Positions 1-11,745 of a DNA stretch of 64,000 nucleotides are shown one piece after another (position 1 is the stretch's first letter; each line of letters begins with the position of its first letter). Where the stretch lies: the NCBI GenBank assembly GCA_010093705.1, contig MU006105.1:349960-413959 (forward strand). The letters run 5' to 3'. Under the pieces are notes generated by a model, which saw only the letters and a list, made by a program, of their open reading frames with translations, ran no database searches and was not told where the DNA came from. A program made the position numbers and the translations under genes. The DNA is from Patellaria atrata CBS 101060. Lineage: Eukaryota.

Positions 1-108
1 GGTGGGTGGAGCTCCATTCTCGTGGGAATTAGAAGCTAGTACGGTGCTAGACACATCCGTTTGTGTTTGGAGGGAAGCCGATATGTTCCAACCCTGGACC
101 GCGAACAT
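1..108 (-). CDS. RRP8: 5' end of probable 25S rRNA adenine-N1 methyltransferase Rrp8 (runs off the window start)
   Basis: Manual translation from ATG at 108: MFAVQGWNISASLQTQTDV...; resembles the MFAVPGW.VS N-terminus I recall for filamentous-fungal Rrp8. Only 36 codons are visible. Confidence 0.65.
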   Translation of the reverse strand, partial: MFAVQGWNISASLQTQTDVSSTVLASNSHENGAPPT

Positions 109-440
109 TTTTAGGCTTGCTACAATTCTATGGTGAAGTTGTCGGGAGCTTGAATTATTTTTCTCGAGCGCGGAACAACTTCGGCGGGGCTGGTGGAAGA
201 TCATCTTGCTGAATCATCTTCATTCACCCTTTTCATGTCCTCCTGAGGTTTGCCAACAACCTAGGGTTGCATAAATACCGGTATTTATTATAAACACCAG
301 GTATTTAACAAATACCGTAGAAACCGGTATAAACCCGGTATATGCCAGAGAAGTGACTTTAGTGTCCAATTCTTATCATATCATGGGGTTATGGAGCACC
401 ACGTGACAGTATTATTAAATATAAATAGTAAGCCTAGTTA

Positions 441-2274
441 ACGTGCTTCACCAGTCAGTGGGACACACCAGTCAGTGGGACATCCCACCAAAACCACCCC
501 ACGTCTTCAACAAAATCAACAATGCCACTAACACAGAACCTTCAGAAGCCCCGGCAAGAAGGTAGGTTACTTATTACTACTAAGTCGCTTCAAGAAAACA
601 GAATTTCAAGTGTCCGGAAGGCCGCCGGATTGTACGATGTTCCAAAGTCTACTCTCCATCGTCGCGTACATGGCATAACACCTTAGAGCGTGTCTAATTC
701 GCAAAAACGAAAGCTACAGCTATCTGAGCAGCAGGCACTCGTAGAATGGGTCCTAGATCTCGACCGACGCGGATTTCCGCCCCATATCATCGAAGTACGA
801 CGAATGGCAGACTATTTACTCGCGGCACGCGGCCAGAATCCTCCTCCCACACCCGCTGGTAAGAACTGGGTATGCCGCTTTATCAACAACCAGCCAGACC
901 TACAGACAAAATGGAATAGGAAGTTTCATTCTCAAGGCGCGAAATGCGAAGATCGAGACATATTTCGCGAGTGGTATGGGCGTGTAAACGAGACGCGCCA
1001 GAAGTATGGCATCTTAGACGAAGATAGCTACAACTTTGACGAGACTGGATTTATGATGGGTGTATCTGCGACATCAAAAGTCGTTACAAGCTCTGATACT
1101 ATAGGCCAAGCAATTCTCATACAACCGGGCAATCGCGAATGGTCAACGGTGATTGAATGTATTAATGCCACCGGGTGGGCAATCCCGCCCTTCGTTATCC
1201 TTCCAGGAAAGCTCCACCAGTCAAGCTGGTATCAGGGTCTACCCGGTGACTGGATGCTCGCTGTTAGCGATAATGGCTGGACAACAAATAAACTAGGATT
1301 CGAATGGATTAAGCACTTTGACAACTGTATAAAGTCTTATACAAAGGGGGTCTACCGTCTACTTATACTTGACGGTCATGGTAGCCACGCAACGCCTGAA
1401 TTTGACCAATACTGTATGGAAAATTAAGATTATTACCCTCTGCATGCCGTCGCATACGTCACATCGTCTTCAGCCGCTTGACGTAAGCTGCTACTCTCCT
1501 CCAAAGGTTGCGTACGGTCACCAGGTTCAAGAGCTCGCCCGTCATGGAATCCACCATATTGATAAAGAAGACTTCCTAGCAATATATACTAAGGTACGGC
1601 TATCTGTCTTTACAGATCAGAATATTAGAAGCGGATTTCTTGCTACGGGCCTAGTGCCATACGACCCTGAGCACGTCATATCGTCACTTCTAATCACGAA
1701 GACTTTGACTCCACCAGGCACGGCTAATAGGGAAGCACCTCAATGGACTTCAGAAACACCACATACTACTGCCCAGCTAGAGCAGCAGGCAAAGCTTATA
1801 CGGGACATCCTTCGGCATCAGTCACAGTGCCCTACTAGCCGAGCAATCAATCAACTTGTTAAAGGATGCCAGATGGCGATGCATTCCGCTACCATACTTG
1901 CAAAGCAGAATATAGAGCTTCGTACAGAAAATTAACGTCGAAAACGGAAACAGCAGCACCGCCGAAGGTATATCGCGCATGGAGGGGCTCTACAGGCTCA
2001 GCAGGCCCAGCTTATAGCTGAGGAGTTGGAAAATATGGAGCAGGAGGCCAACCAGAACTGGGCTGGTCAGACGCGACAGCGAGCAGCACCAACGTGCTCT
2101 AACTGCCATATCCAGGGCCACACAAGGCGTCAATGTACTAGTGTCTCAAGTAGCTCCTAAGCATAATTTTATTTGAATATATTTTGTTGTAGTGGAGTAA
2201 TTGTATGAAAACGCTGGTTGATCTTGGTGGGGTGTCCCACTGACTGGTGTGTCCCACTGACTGGTGAAGCACGT
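441..2274 (+). mobile_element. Fot1/Pot (pogo-group, Tc1/mariner superfamily) DNA transposon, 1834 bp
   Basis: 51-bp TIRs (441-491 / 2224-2274, one mismatch) starting ACGT, each with two tandem CACCAGTCAGTGGGACA; TA target duplication at 439-440 and 2275-2276; DDE transposase inside. Confidence 0.97.
522..2160 (+). pseudogene. Disrupted Fot1-type transposase (HTH, CENP-B-type HTH, DDE_1, C-terminal CCHC knuckle)
   Basis: ATG at 522; motifs YNFDETGF, LILDGHGSH, LQPLDV, CSNCHIQGHTRRQC. In-frame TAG at 684-686, 1-bp frameshift near 1424, in-frame TAA at 1933-1935, terminal stop at 2158-2160. Confidence 0.93.
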
Positions 2275-2800
2275 TACTAGTACTACTTATTACTAAGCAA
2301 TCTTGGTGGTATGACTGATTTTAAATACCGGATTTTTACCAGGTATAAACCGGTATATACAATTTGGTATATACCAGAGTGCAACCCTACAACGACCACA
2401 TATCCATTCCATCAGAGGTACGAAGTTACATATGGACTTAAATGAAAATATCCAGTTGCTACCTGTCGCTGATATTTACCCTGAGGTGCTAATATGTGGC
2501 TTCGCTACCTCAAAATCAAACCCTCAGAGTCTACTAACTGATACCTAATACCCAACTTCCATTAGTTTCTTCATTTTATCTTCATTGCCTGAATAATTAT
2601 CTCACTTATCTTCAAAACTCGGTACTAAAAAAAAGGAACTCTTCTATAGACCCAAATAGTTATTTACAGCAGCTAGGAACATCCTTATTATGACCTAGCA
2701 ATTTCAACGAAGTCGAGGGGTGATATTCAAGTAGGAAATATATACAATTCGAAATACGCAATTACTAGCTGATTCTGGTTTCATCATGTCATTCTTATTC

Positions 2801-4181
2801 TCACAGAGTTGTAGCCCCAATCGCAGTGCCACTGGTCGGCAGCAAAAAATTACTCCCTTGAATCTCCCCACCAGTATCTCGTGGACCCTTTACTACGGGG
2901 TCATCTACACTCTTGAATGTAGCATTATTCCAGGTACCACCGATATTCCACGAGTTACAGCTACTGGTTGCGGCACCGGCGATCGAAACTTGAGAGGATC
3001 CTCCATTTACTGCTGCTATATTGTTCTTCAGGACCGATTTAGAGGACTTGAATACGAACCCTTGATCCCCGTTGTCCCAAGCGGTATTGCGTTCTATAGT
3101 CAGAGCTCCCGGGTTACCATTATCAATGAAGCCTTTCTTGAGGTTCGAGAAAGCGATACAGTTGCGGACGATGTGGTTTCCAGCGACGAGTTTGTCGGCC
3201 GAGCCACCACCGAGTTTGAAGCCATTACCGTCACCCTCGAATGGGGAGAAACCCCAGCTGGGGAGTAATCAGTGACTTTTCGGAAGTTCTATGAATAATA
3301 ATAGTTTACCGATTGACGCCGTTACCCCAAGCTATAGTATCCTCAATGGTGACTGGTGAACCAAATTGCCTGAACTTTGTTAGGTATTCTACCGTAAAAG
3401 GGGTTCTGAACCAATTACCATAGATCCAGACCATCATCAACATTGTCCCAAAGGCGTGCACCACGTAGGACGTTTCCAGTACCAGATCCTTCCTTACAGG
3501 CAAAACCATCGGCACTCTCACCATTCTTGCGTGGGTCTCGGTTACGATAAGAGTCAAGATATAGCACTACGTTATTAGAAGACGCCCCTTCCAACTGAAA
3601 CCCGGTTTCGTAGTTATCATGCGTGACAAGACGTTCGAAGTGATTGTTTGAAGCATCGCGGTTGTAAATACCGTAGGGTCCATTCTTCAATCTATCGTTT
3701 CTATCAGTCCACCATAGGAAAAGTCTGACGATAACTAACCACTTACTCCAGGTCAAAGAATTGCCAATACGCCGCGTTTTGAATATGGAATATCCCCCTA
3801 TTGGTATTCGCAAGGCTTTCTCCAACTGCACTCGGAGTACTGTTTTAATTAGCCCGCGACTAGGTCCCAAGGTCATGGTTTACTTTACCCTGGCATGTTC
3901 TCCCCATCGATTATCGCTTTCTCGGACTCATATGGTCGTATGGTAAACCTCGCACTCGAGGTACCTTTCTTGGTGATCTGAATATTTACAGAAGGCACAT
4001 ATGTCCCTCCCCGAAGGAAGATGATATCGCCGGGCTGAGCGGTGTCAACTGCTTTTTGAATCGATCCGAAGGGTGATTCTAGGGAGCCTATTTCAGTGGA
4101 ACCACCTGTGGGTGAGACGAAGATGTCTGCGCCCTGGCAACCCAGAAGCCATGCACAAAATATCACAGACCGAGCGAGCAT
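2801..4181 (-). CDS. Secreted polysaccharide lyase family 9 (pectate lyase L-like), 5 exons
   Basis: Signal peptide MLARSVIFCAWLLGCQGA; PGDIIFLRGGTY, GESADGFACKEGSG, WDNVDDGLDLW, EGDGNGFKLGGG; four GT-AG introns join the frames; TGA at 2801-2803. Confidence 0.92.
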
Positions 4182-5409
4182 AGGCACAATTTCCACTGTT
4201 TCCGCTGAATGGACAATAGGTCACTTCAAAGGGTATTATGTAGCATTTAAACAATAACTGGATTCATTTTCTTCCGTCTCCTAGCTGTATTGATAACATC
4301 TACCACTACTCGGGAAATTACTCCCCAGTGTCCTCACACACCGAGAATTAACAAAAAGTCTATTAAATTTGTCTCAGGGAAATAAATCTTCCATGAACAC
4401 CTCATGTTTTGACTTTCGAAATCGGAATAACAGGCCCAAAGAGGCTGGCATGGACGGACTACCCAACTGGGATATGACGAAAGTACAGTTAAGTCCAAGT
4501 ATAGAGGGGTATTAGGTGATATTTGAACTATTGTGGTAGCTAGGGGTACGCGCAGTAGTCTTTTTGTCATATATAGGGGTAGAGACGGGAAAAATTTCTA
4601 ACTGGTGCCATGTCAGTCGCCGCAGGTTGATAATTCCCCGCACAATCAGTTCTACCACATGGGGCTCTTCGGAGTTTTCAACTATTCGAGTGTGTGAACA
4701 ACAATCTCTACTCTCGTTTCTTATAGTAGTATACGTCAGAAACTGTCAGTTTACTAGGATCTTTCCATGGACAGATGCCTTAAACACTGTTCCGTTCTCT
4801 TACTCTTATTCAATCTAACGAAGGAGGAGCGTAATTCTTATCCCTGATACCTGTGCAAGGTATAAATGTTAAATAAAACTAGGTCAAGTAAGATGTCGAT
4901 ATTGCAGGAAAACAGACTGAAGCGTCAATATCCTTTCTTATACATGCAACCATACCTATCCATTTCCTTTCCCTCCTTTCAGAAAACTTAACTCATAAAT
5001 GCGATAGAAACAGCTTATCCGTAGTGTAGTTCTATCAGCCTACCCTAGTTTCACCAACAAGTAGTAGAGATACCTACTACTTCTTACTGAAGAGTGCACT
5101 TGATCACTGCCCTGTCTTTACCTTGTCTTAAGGTAAACCTCTCCTGTAAGCCGTATGACAAGAATCCGTCCGCCCCTGACCCACAAAGTCATTCCGTTGA
5201 GCCCCCACCTCACCCGAGCCCATGCCGTCATCCCATCCCACCCCGTGACGCCCCGCAAAACTAGAACTACCCCACCATCATCCTCTCCGTCCTTCTTCTA
5301 CCTTATCCAACTCAACCTCCACCAAACCAAACCACAGCAACAAAACAGACGAAAAACACCTCAACCTTAACTTACACCCACCACCGAAGTAAACAAACAG
5401 TCCGAAACG

Positions 5410-5968
5410 ATGTCTGACTACGACACCGCAGTAAAAGAATCCCGCCAACTGACCGCGAAGCCAACGAATGACGAGTTGTTAGAGGTACCTCCCTCCCACC
5501 CATACCTTACCCTCCCCTCTTACCCATACTATCCCCTCTCATATCTACTCTTAATCCATACCACACATCGTCCCAAACAGATACAAACACACAGACAAAC
5601 AGACAAAAAAAAATCAAAATCAAAAATAAACTACTGACACAAATGAAACGACAGCTCTACTCCCTCTTCAAAGTCGGCAACGCCGAAGACAGAGATAAAG
5701 CCCCAAAACCGGGGATGTTTGATATGGCCGTGTGTTCTCCCCTTCCTATATCCTCCCTAAAAAAAAAATCCCTACCTTAACACCCCCTTTTCGCCAATCA
5801 GCGGGACTCGTACCCTAACAAACCCCCCAGGGCAAAGCAAAACTCAAATCCTGGGACAAGCTGCTCGAAGAAGGAATAACAGCGACGCAAGCAAAGGAAA
5901 GATATGTCAAGCTCGTCAACGCGCTGAAGGAGAAGTATGGGTTTGACCCTGCTAAGAAACCCGAGTAG
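5410..5968 (+). CDS. ACB1: Acyl-CoA-binding protein; exons 5410-5484, 5655-5729, 5831-5968
   Basis: Spliced translation ...KPTNDELLE/LYSLFKVG...KPGMFDMA/GKAKLKSW...AKERYVKLVNALKEKYG matches the ACBP signature. Confidence 0.93.
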
Positions 5969-6283
5969 ATACTCTAGTATCTGTTGGGATTCTCTGGTTG
6001 AGGAGATATTCGAGGGGATATAGGGAGGATATAAGGATCATACAGGACAGTTCAATCGAATATACCGGTGATGGGTAAATTGATCATGAGATGTGCTTTT
6101 TCGCTGCGATGTAGCGTCATGGGCTATGCTATCTGAGCTGAGATACATGATGATCCTCCTCTACCCATCCCGTCCCGTTCCACCCGCGTGTTATTTTTCC
6201 CTTGAAGATAGCCTACGTGAACCGTGTCCATGCGATCTCGACGACCAGAGCGCCTACGTAACCCGCCCCACAACACGGTGAAA

Positions 6284-7848
6284 TCACTGAAACAGCAAAC
6301 CAGCAGCGACTTCAACATTGCCGTCCGCAGCATGTAAAGCCTGTTCAGCCTCCTGCGGCGAAAATCCCAAACTGACCAACTGATTGACGCTTTCCTGTGG
6401 CCACCTCTGCGGCGGTGGCTGCGATACTGCACTCCCACTCCCGCCACTTGGCCCACCCCCTCCGCTGTTAGCGCCGCCCTGACCCGCCTGACCAACAACC
6501 TCCCCCGCCGTCCCCGCAGGCCTCACAGCGCCCGTCTTGGCCCCAATCTCCGTCCCATTCGGGCCCGCGAGCGTCGGTTCCGCGACCTCCGCCTCATCAA
6601 GGTACTTCGGGATCTCGCTCTCGGGGAGGAACGGGACCTCGCTCTCCCTGCCCTTACCCCCGAGCACCAGAACGCCCCTCTCGAGATCGATCTTCGCCTG
6701 ATAGCGTTTCAGCATGTCAAGGCCAAAGAGGAGATCGACGTCTTTGCCCTCCATGACGGTGAAAGCGCACGGCATGACCGCGTCGCCGACTTTGATTTCG
6801 GCGTCGTGGACGCGGCCGAGGATTTTGGCGGTGCCGACGCCTTTGGCGATGCCGGAGTAGCGCGTGTCGATCAGACGCATGATGTTGCAAGCGAGAGCGC
6901 ACGAGGGGGACATTATTGTTGCTTGGGCGCCCGAGTCGACGAAGGCTTTGACGGGGTGTCCGTTCACTTCGGCGGCGATGTAGAGCATGTGGACGCGGCC
7001 GAAGACTGGGAGGGAGGGGTTAGAGAAGGTGTCGCGGGGGAAGATGGGTTCGAGGTTTGGGGGTAGGGAAGTGCGGATGGGGAGAGAGTTTGAAGATGGA
7101 TCCATAGTGATGAGACTTGTGAGGATTGTGGATCGAACGTACCTTCAGGATTATTCTCATAGGCATGCTGAAGGTTTTCAATAACGCGTTCCTGCCTGAT
7201 CATCTCCTCGATACGCTTTTGGGCCTCAACGTTGAAAGGATCCTCGTTCAGGAGTGCAATTTGATTCTGACGCTCACGTTCGTAATCTTCCTCCTCACGC
7301 TTCAGCCGCAACCACACCTCGCGGAATCGAACGGGGTCGTTGACCGTCTCGGCGAGCTCCGGCTTCTGATGGCGTATCTGTTGCAACGCAGCAGGGCTCC
7401 CGAGGATGCGCAGACGCGTCGTCTCCACCTCGCCGGGATCCAAATCATCTCCCCTTCTCCTACCACCAGGACGACGTTGTTGTTGGGCGGCGGACGAACC
7501 TCCTCTTGGGGACGCGCCGGGACGCCGGATGAGCATGGCGAGCATCTCACCATCTTTGATACCGGCCTCTTCGAGAGTCTTGTGGTCGCCGAGCAAGGGT
7601 TGTCCGTTGAGGTAGAAGTGTTGCGAGGGCGTGGGAAAGTTGGTCTCGGCTTGTACGAAGCCCTTGAGGTCGGCAACTGTGAGGTGACCGGGCAGGTCCA
7701 AGGTCAGGAGTTCCTGGTCGTTTGTCTCATTTGGGGCGTTGATGGATATAGTGATGCGCGGCCTATATCGTGTGCAACACCGGGGGTTAGGTTAGTCATT
7801 CGGGTGGCACAAAGGGACGTTGGGTGGTGGGTGTGGCTCAACTCACAT
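6284..7848 (-). CDS. DDI1: DNA damage-inducible protein 1 (UBL, retroviral-like aspartyl protease, UBA); introns 7763-7846 and 7006-7142
   Basis: UBL region, DPFNVEAQKRIEEMIRQ, MLYI.AEVNG..VKAFVDSGAQATIMS, DLLFGLDMLKR, C-terminal UBA (LVSLGF...GNVEVAAGLLF). Confidence 0.95.
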
Positions 7849-8467
7849 GGCAATGGGACGATCAGCTCCTTGCGTGTTTATGCGCCTGTTTCTGAAAGCG
7901 TTCAAGAAGGATGTACGACTATATTTTCGTTTAAAATTGTTACGACGGAGTGATATTCGTTTATCGTAGTTCAGTAACGAGGTCGTATTCTTGGAGAGAA
8001 GGTTCGTTCGGAGGTAACGGAGATGCAGGCGAGTGTTTCTGGAAACTGGCCTACAGGTTTCGGATGATATTGCGAGAAGCTGCTGCCTGGTTCGAGGATG
8101 AGAGCGGAGGAGAATTTGCTTGGTCAGAGCTGGTGAGATGTCAGTTCAGTTATGGGACAGGCGAAGTTTGTATTTCGAATGTTTCTCGATGGGAAGCTAG
8201 AAGTGGGTGGAAACGAAGGACAGCCCGGGGGAACGAATGAAGAGTCAACAGAAACGCCGTGACGGGTTTATTAATCAAAGGGTAGTTTTGAAAGTAAAGA
8301 CTGCCGTTCACCACGTGCAATAAGGCACTTGAACAGTAGATGGGGCTCCATGGGGATAGGAATAATTGTTTGGCCCATGGGAGGAACATGTACGGGATGA
8401 GTATGGGTGGGTGTGAGTACCATTACGGAGTATGTCGCTCTACACTCGAACTGAAAACATTGGCTGC

Positions 8468-8499
8468 AGCAAGCAAGCAAGCAAGCAGGCAGGCAGGCA
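8468..8499. repeat. (AAGC)n-(AGGC)n tetranucleotide microsatellite
   Basis: agcaagcaagcaagcaagcaggcaggcaggca read directly. Confidence 0.8.
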
Positions 8500-9732
8500 C
8501 TGGCAACAACGGCATCAAATGGGACTCTCCACCTCGCTGCTTAGCTTAGGTTGTCCTTTTTGCTTTGCAGGATTGCCCCGCGTAACTCTACTACATCTAC
8601 CCGTGAGCGGTGAAGGTTGAGGTGTCTATTGCATTCGTTTGCTTCACGATCATCATCCAGATGGTCTAAGATCCGTTCATCCTCTCCTGCAAGAGATAGA
8701 TCTGTATGCAGTATGAAGTCGTTTATCTAAGACCGGATGGAAACATTATCTGTTTTAAGCTTGTGAATTCCAATGTAATGTGGGTATCCAAGGAGGATTG
8801 TTGGCTGCTGTCCATCATGTCACCACTCACCAGCTACCTACCTTACCTCTGGAGGGGTGGCGGGGTCATAGACGTTGGACAAGATCTAGAAACCACAATG
8901 GAATGAAATACAAACCCAAGTACAGTGACTTCGAAACGTCAAACATAAATCATATTGTTTCAAGGGGGTATATAAGCCTCTAATATCCGACATGGAACTT
9001 TACTAGGTTTTGGTTTGCTTACCATCTAATTTGTTACATCCACCGGACAGAGCACCGGCGATGCGGTTAACTGGTGGGATGGTGTATCCCCTCAGTTCTA
9101 ATCACGTATCTGACTGATACTGATTCTCCGTACTCGAATTTGACTACCTTTCCTTTGAACTTCTCTGTACCGTATAAATCCTTAGCTTACAAAGTAATTG
9201 TACAACAAGCTATTGTCTCTTGAATTAGATCTTGTAGATGATGCTGAACCCTTTTCCTGCAGAAGGATTGTACAAGAACAGAAAGATCACCATCAGGCAC
9301 CCCAAAGTCAGCATGTCCCGTCATCCACTCGTCTACCAGTGCAGCACTCTACAGTACGGAATACCTTACCTTACCATCTCTTATGGAATCCTTCACTAGC
9401 AACGTCACTCTTCCTTTTCGAGTATGGATCAAGCCTAAGGTAAAACTTACTCTTGGCCTCGACGCAATAAACTCCCAAGACTTCGCCAGATCATGCAAAA
9501 TTTCAAGAATTTCGTAACTGCAATTACATATATTTGTGTGCTTTACGCCATTGAAACGTATCCCTCTCCCAAATAGTTAAGGAACCATTTCTTTTGACAT
9601 TACTTCCTTCTAGAGTCTTCCTTAAAGGTAGAGTCTTTCTCATCAAGTAGCTGTTACCGCAGGGTACCTGAGAAAGACCGTGACCATCATCAATCATATG
9701 CAAGCCGCATACAAGTTTCATCTCACCTCTGT

Positions 9733-9791
9733 ACAAGTCACACAGGTCACACAACTCATACAAGTCACACAAGTCACACAAAGTCACACAA
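9733..9791. repeat. Imperfect ~9-bp tandem repeat (ACAAGTCAC, about 6 copies) upstream of the GNAT gene
   Basis: acaagtcac acaggtcac acaactcat acaagtcac acaagtcac acaaagtcac read directly. Confidence 0.8.
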
Positions 9792-9958
9792 CGGTAAACC
9801 TGACACGCTGCCCAATCTTTAAGCTTTTTCCACCTCTTTCTTCCGAATAACACATCTACACCAACTTACCGCTCCCTTGCATCATATTTGTATCACTCTC
9901 CCTTCTAATAAACTAAACCTATACAATCTCCGAATTCGCCTGCACCTCCGTAACCATC

Positions 9959-11034
9959 ATGCCCAGAGATTTGGAAACCGAGAAGGATACCCTCTCCAAT
10001 ATGCCTCCATTAACTACCGCCAACCATATTACCAATGAACCGGAAGAGATGTATGGAGTAAATGGTATCCGAGAACACGAGGATAAAATTCAAGCGGATA
10101 TGCGACAGCGTAGTACGCGTGACGGCTTGCATCCCTATGTTCAGGTCCTTACCATCAATAATTTGGATAGCTGTATAGCATTGGAAGAAGCTTCTTTCCC
10201 CCCGAATCAAAGAGCCACTAGAGAAAAGGTATGTCACATCTAACTACGGGAAAATACACTGTTTCGTCCATCAAGCCCGTCAATAAGATTCAAGTTTCCA
10301 ACCTTCATCCTTTTCGGTCAAACTTTTCTTCGCCCAGCAGTCGAAACCAAAATGAAGAATATTACCAATTTTACAAATCATACATGGAGGGCCACCCCCG
10401 GTATTCCCTGTTCTGGACATGCCACCTGACTGACCCGTGTCTTTAGTTTGAATATCGTCTCACAGTATGCGGCGAGATATGTCTAGGTCTCTTCACATCC
10501 GCAGAGCCTGACTCAGAAAATACAGATCAACCTACCTCAGAAGGTGCGCATCCCGTAGACTCTTCGTCACCGGAAAGGAAACAAACGCTCGTAGCGCACA
10601 TCATCTCCACGAAATGCGAAGGTAAGACCGTCGGGGATAACGACATGAAACCACCCGAAAACTGGAGAACGGCACCAGGCACCGAGCCTCATCTAGGCCA
10701 TAAAGACCACGGCCGTACTATCGCGTTACATTCGCTTGCCGTTCTACCCAAATATCAACGATGTGGACTGGGAAAGACCTTGATACGCGCCTATCTCCAC
10801 CGTATGGAGCAGAGCGGGGTCGCTGACCGTGTTTCTCTCATCACGTATGACAGACTCGTTCCCTACTATGAGAGTTTGGGCTTTGAGAATCTAGGACCGA
10901 GCAAAGCCCAGTTCGGTGGCCAAGCATGGAACGACATGGTAAATCCAATCTCCGTTCCTAGTCTCTCGGTCAATGTTAAAACTAAGGACCTATAGGTTTA
11001 CGAATTCTATGATTCCCCGTCATCTCCATCCTAG
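9959..11034 (+). CDS. GNAT acetyltransferase (Paa1/arylalkylamine N-acetyltransferase-like); exons 9959-10228, 10447-10938, 10996-11034
   Basis: CIALEEASFPPNQRATREK/FEYRL, GRTIALHSLAVLPKYQRCGLGKTL (acetyl-CoA motif A), LVPYYESLGF. Confidence 0.88.
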
Positions 11035-11745
11035 ATGAGGAAGAGTTGCTGCATTGTATTACGAGGATGCAGCGAGAATCCGCCATCGGATTGGGCACTC
11101 AGAGGTTTCACTGTTGGGCCGAACGGCGTAGGTGTGTACTTGTACTTGTACTATATCTCCAACGAGCACCTTTCCCTGGATAAATAACCACCGAATATTT
11201 CCAATATTTGAAGTACGACCTAGGTTTTCTCATCGGAATGGGAAGAGGTACAATACCTCAAAAGGCCGACTGAGGAGTTCCTGTGCTAGAATCCCAGAAA
11301 CCATCGACAAATCAATATCTTATGTATAGTGACATCTGCATCCTTAGCATAGCAATCCTCTATACATCTCTACCTTTTCATCATAGGAATGAGTGTTGAA
11401 AAATAGTGCGTCAGTATATTGTTACTTCCCATTGAGGTGAAGTCGTGAAGTCAGCCTGAGAAGTGAGGTGTGAAATCAAATTCGCCCCTTGGCACATTTG
11501 TTGACCTTCCAAACATGAATATCGTGATTGTAAATCCCCGGAGGAAATGGGAAGTTCGCCGCAAGTGATCGTCATGCATCTTTGAGAAATTGCTCCCTTT
11601 CTTCCTCTCGATCAATTCATCTTCTCGGGCTGCTCTTGCGCCTCCTCAATCTCCCATTCCCTGATTCTGATCGCAGGTCATAGCGATATCTCATCCTTTT
11701 CACCAAAGCTACCTTACCTCCGCAAGCTCGAGTTCTCATCTGAAT

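Larger units (their letters stand above)
262..2389. mobile_element. Non-autonomous hAT-like MITE (~290 bp without its insert), split by a nested pogo/Fot1 element
   Basis: TIR TAGGGTTGCA (262-271) / TGCAACCCTA (2380-2389); 8-bp flanks CAACAACC (254-261) vs CAACGACC (2390-2397), 7/8 identical; many subterminal ACCGGTAT/ATACCG motifs at both ends. Confidence 0.8.

Noticed and set aside
2786..3268. 160-aa + strand ORF, and other long antisense ORFs (7126-7953, 38811-39425, 44905-45585, 57569-58117)
   Set aside because: Shadows of well-supported genes on the opposite strand; no recognisable motifs.
7803..7811. GGTGGCACA resembling an Rpn4/PACE site in the DDI1 intron
   Set aside because: Imperfect match to GGTGGCAAA, downstream of the start; could be chance.
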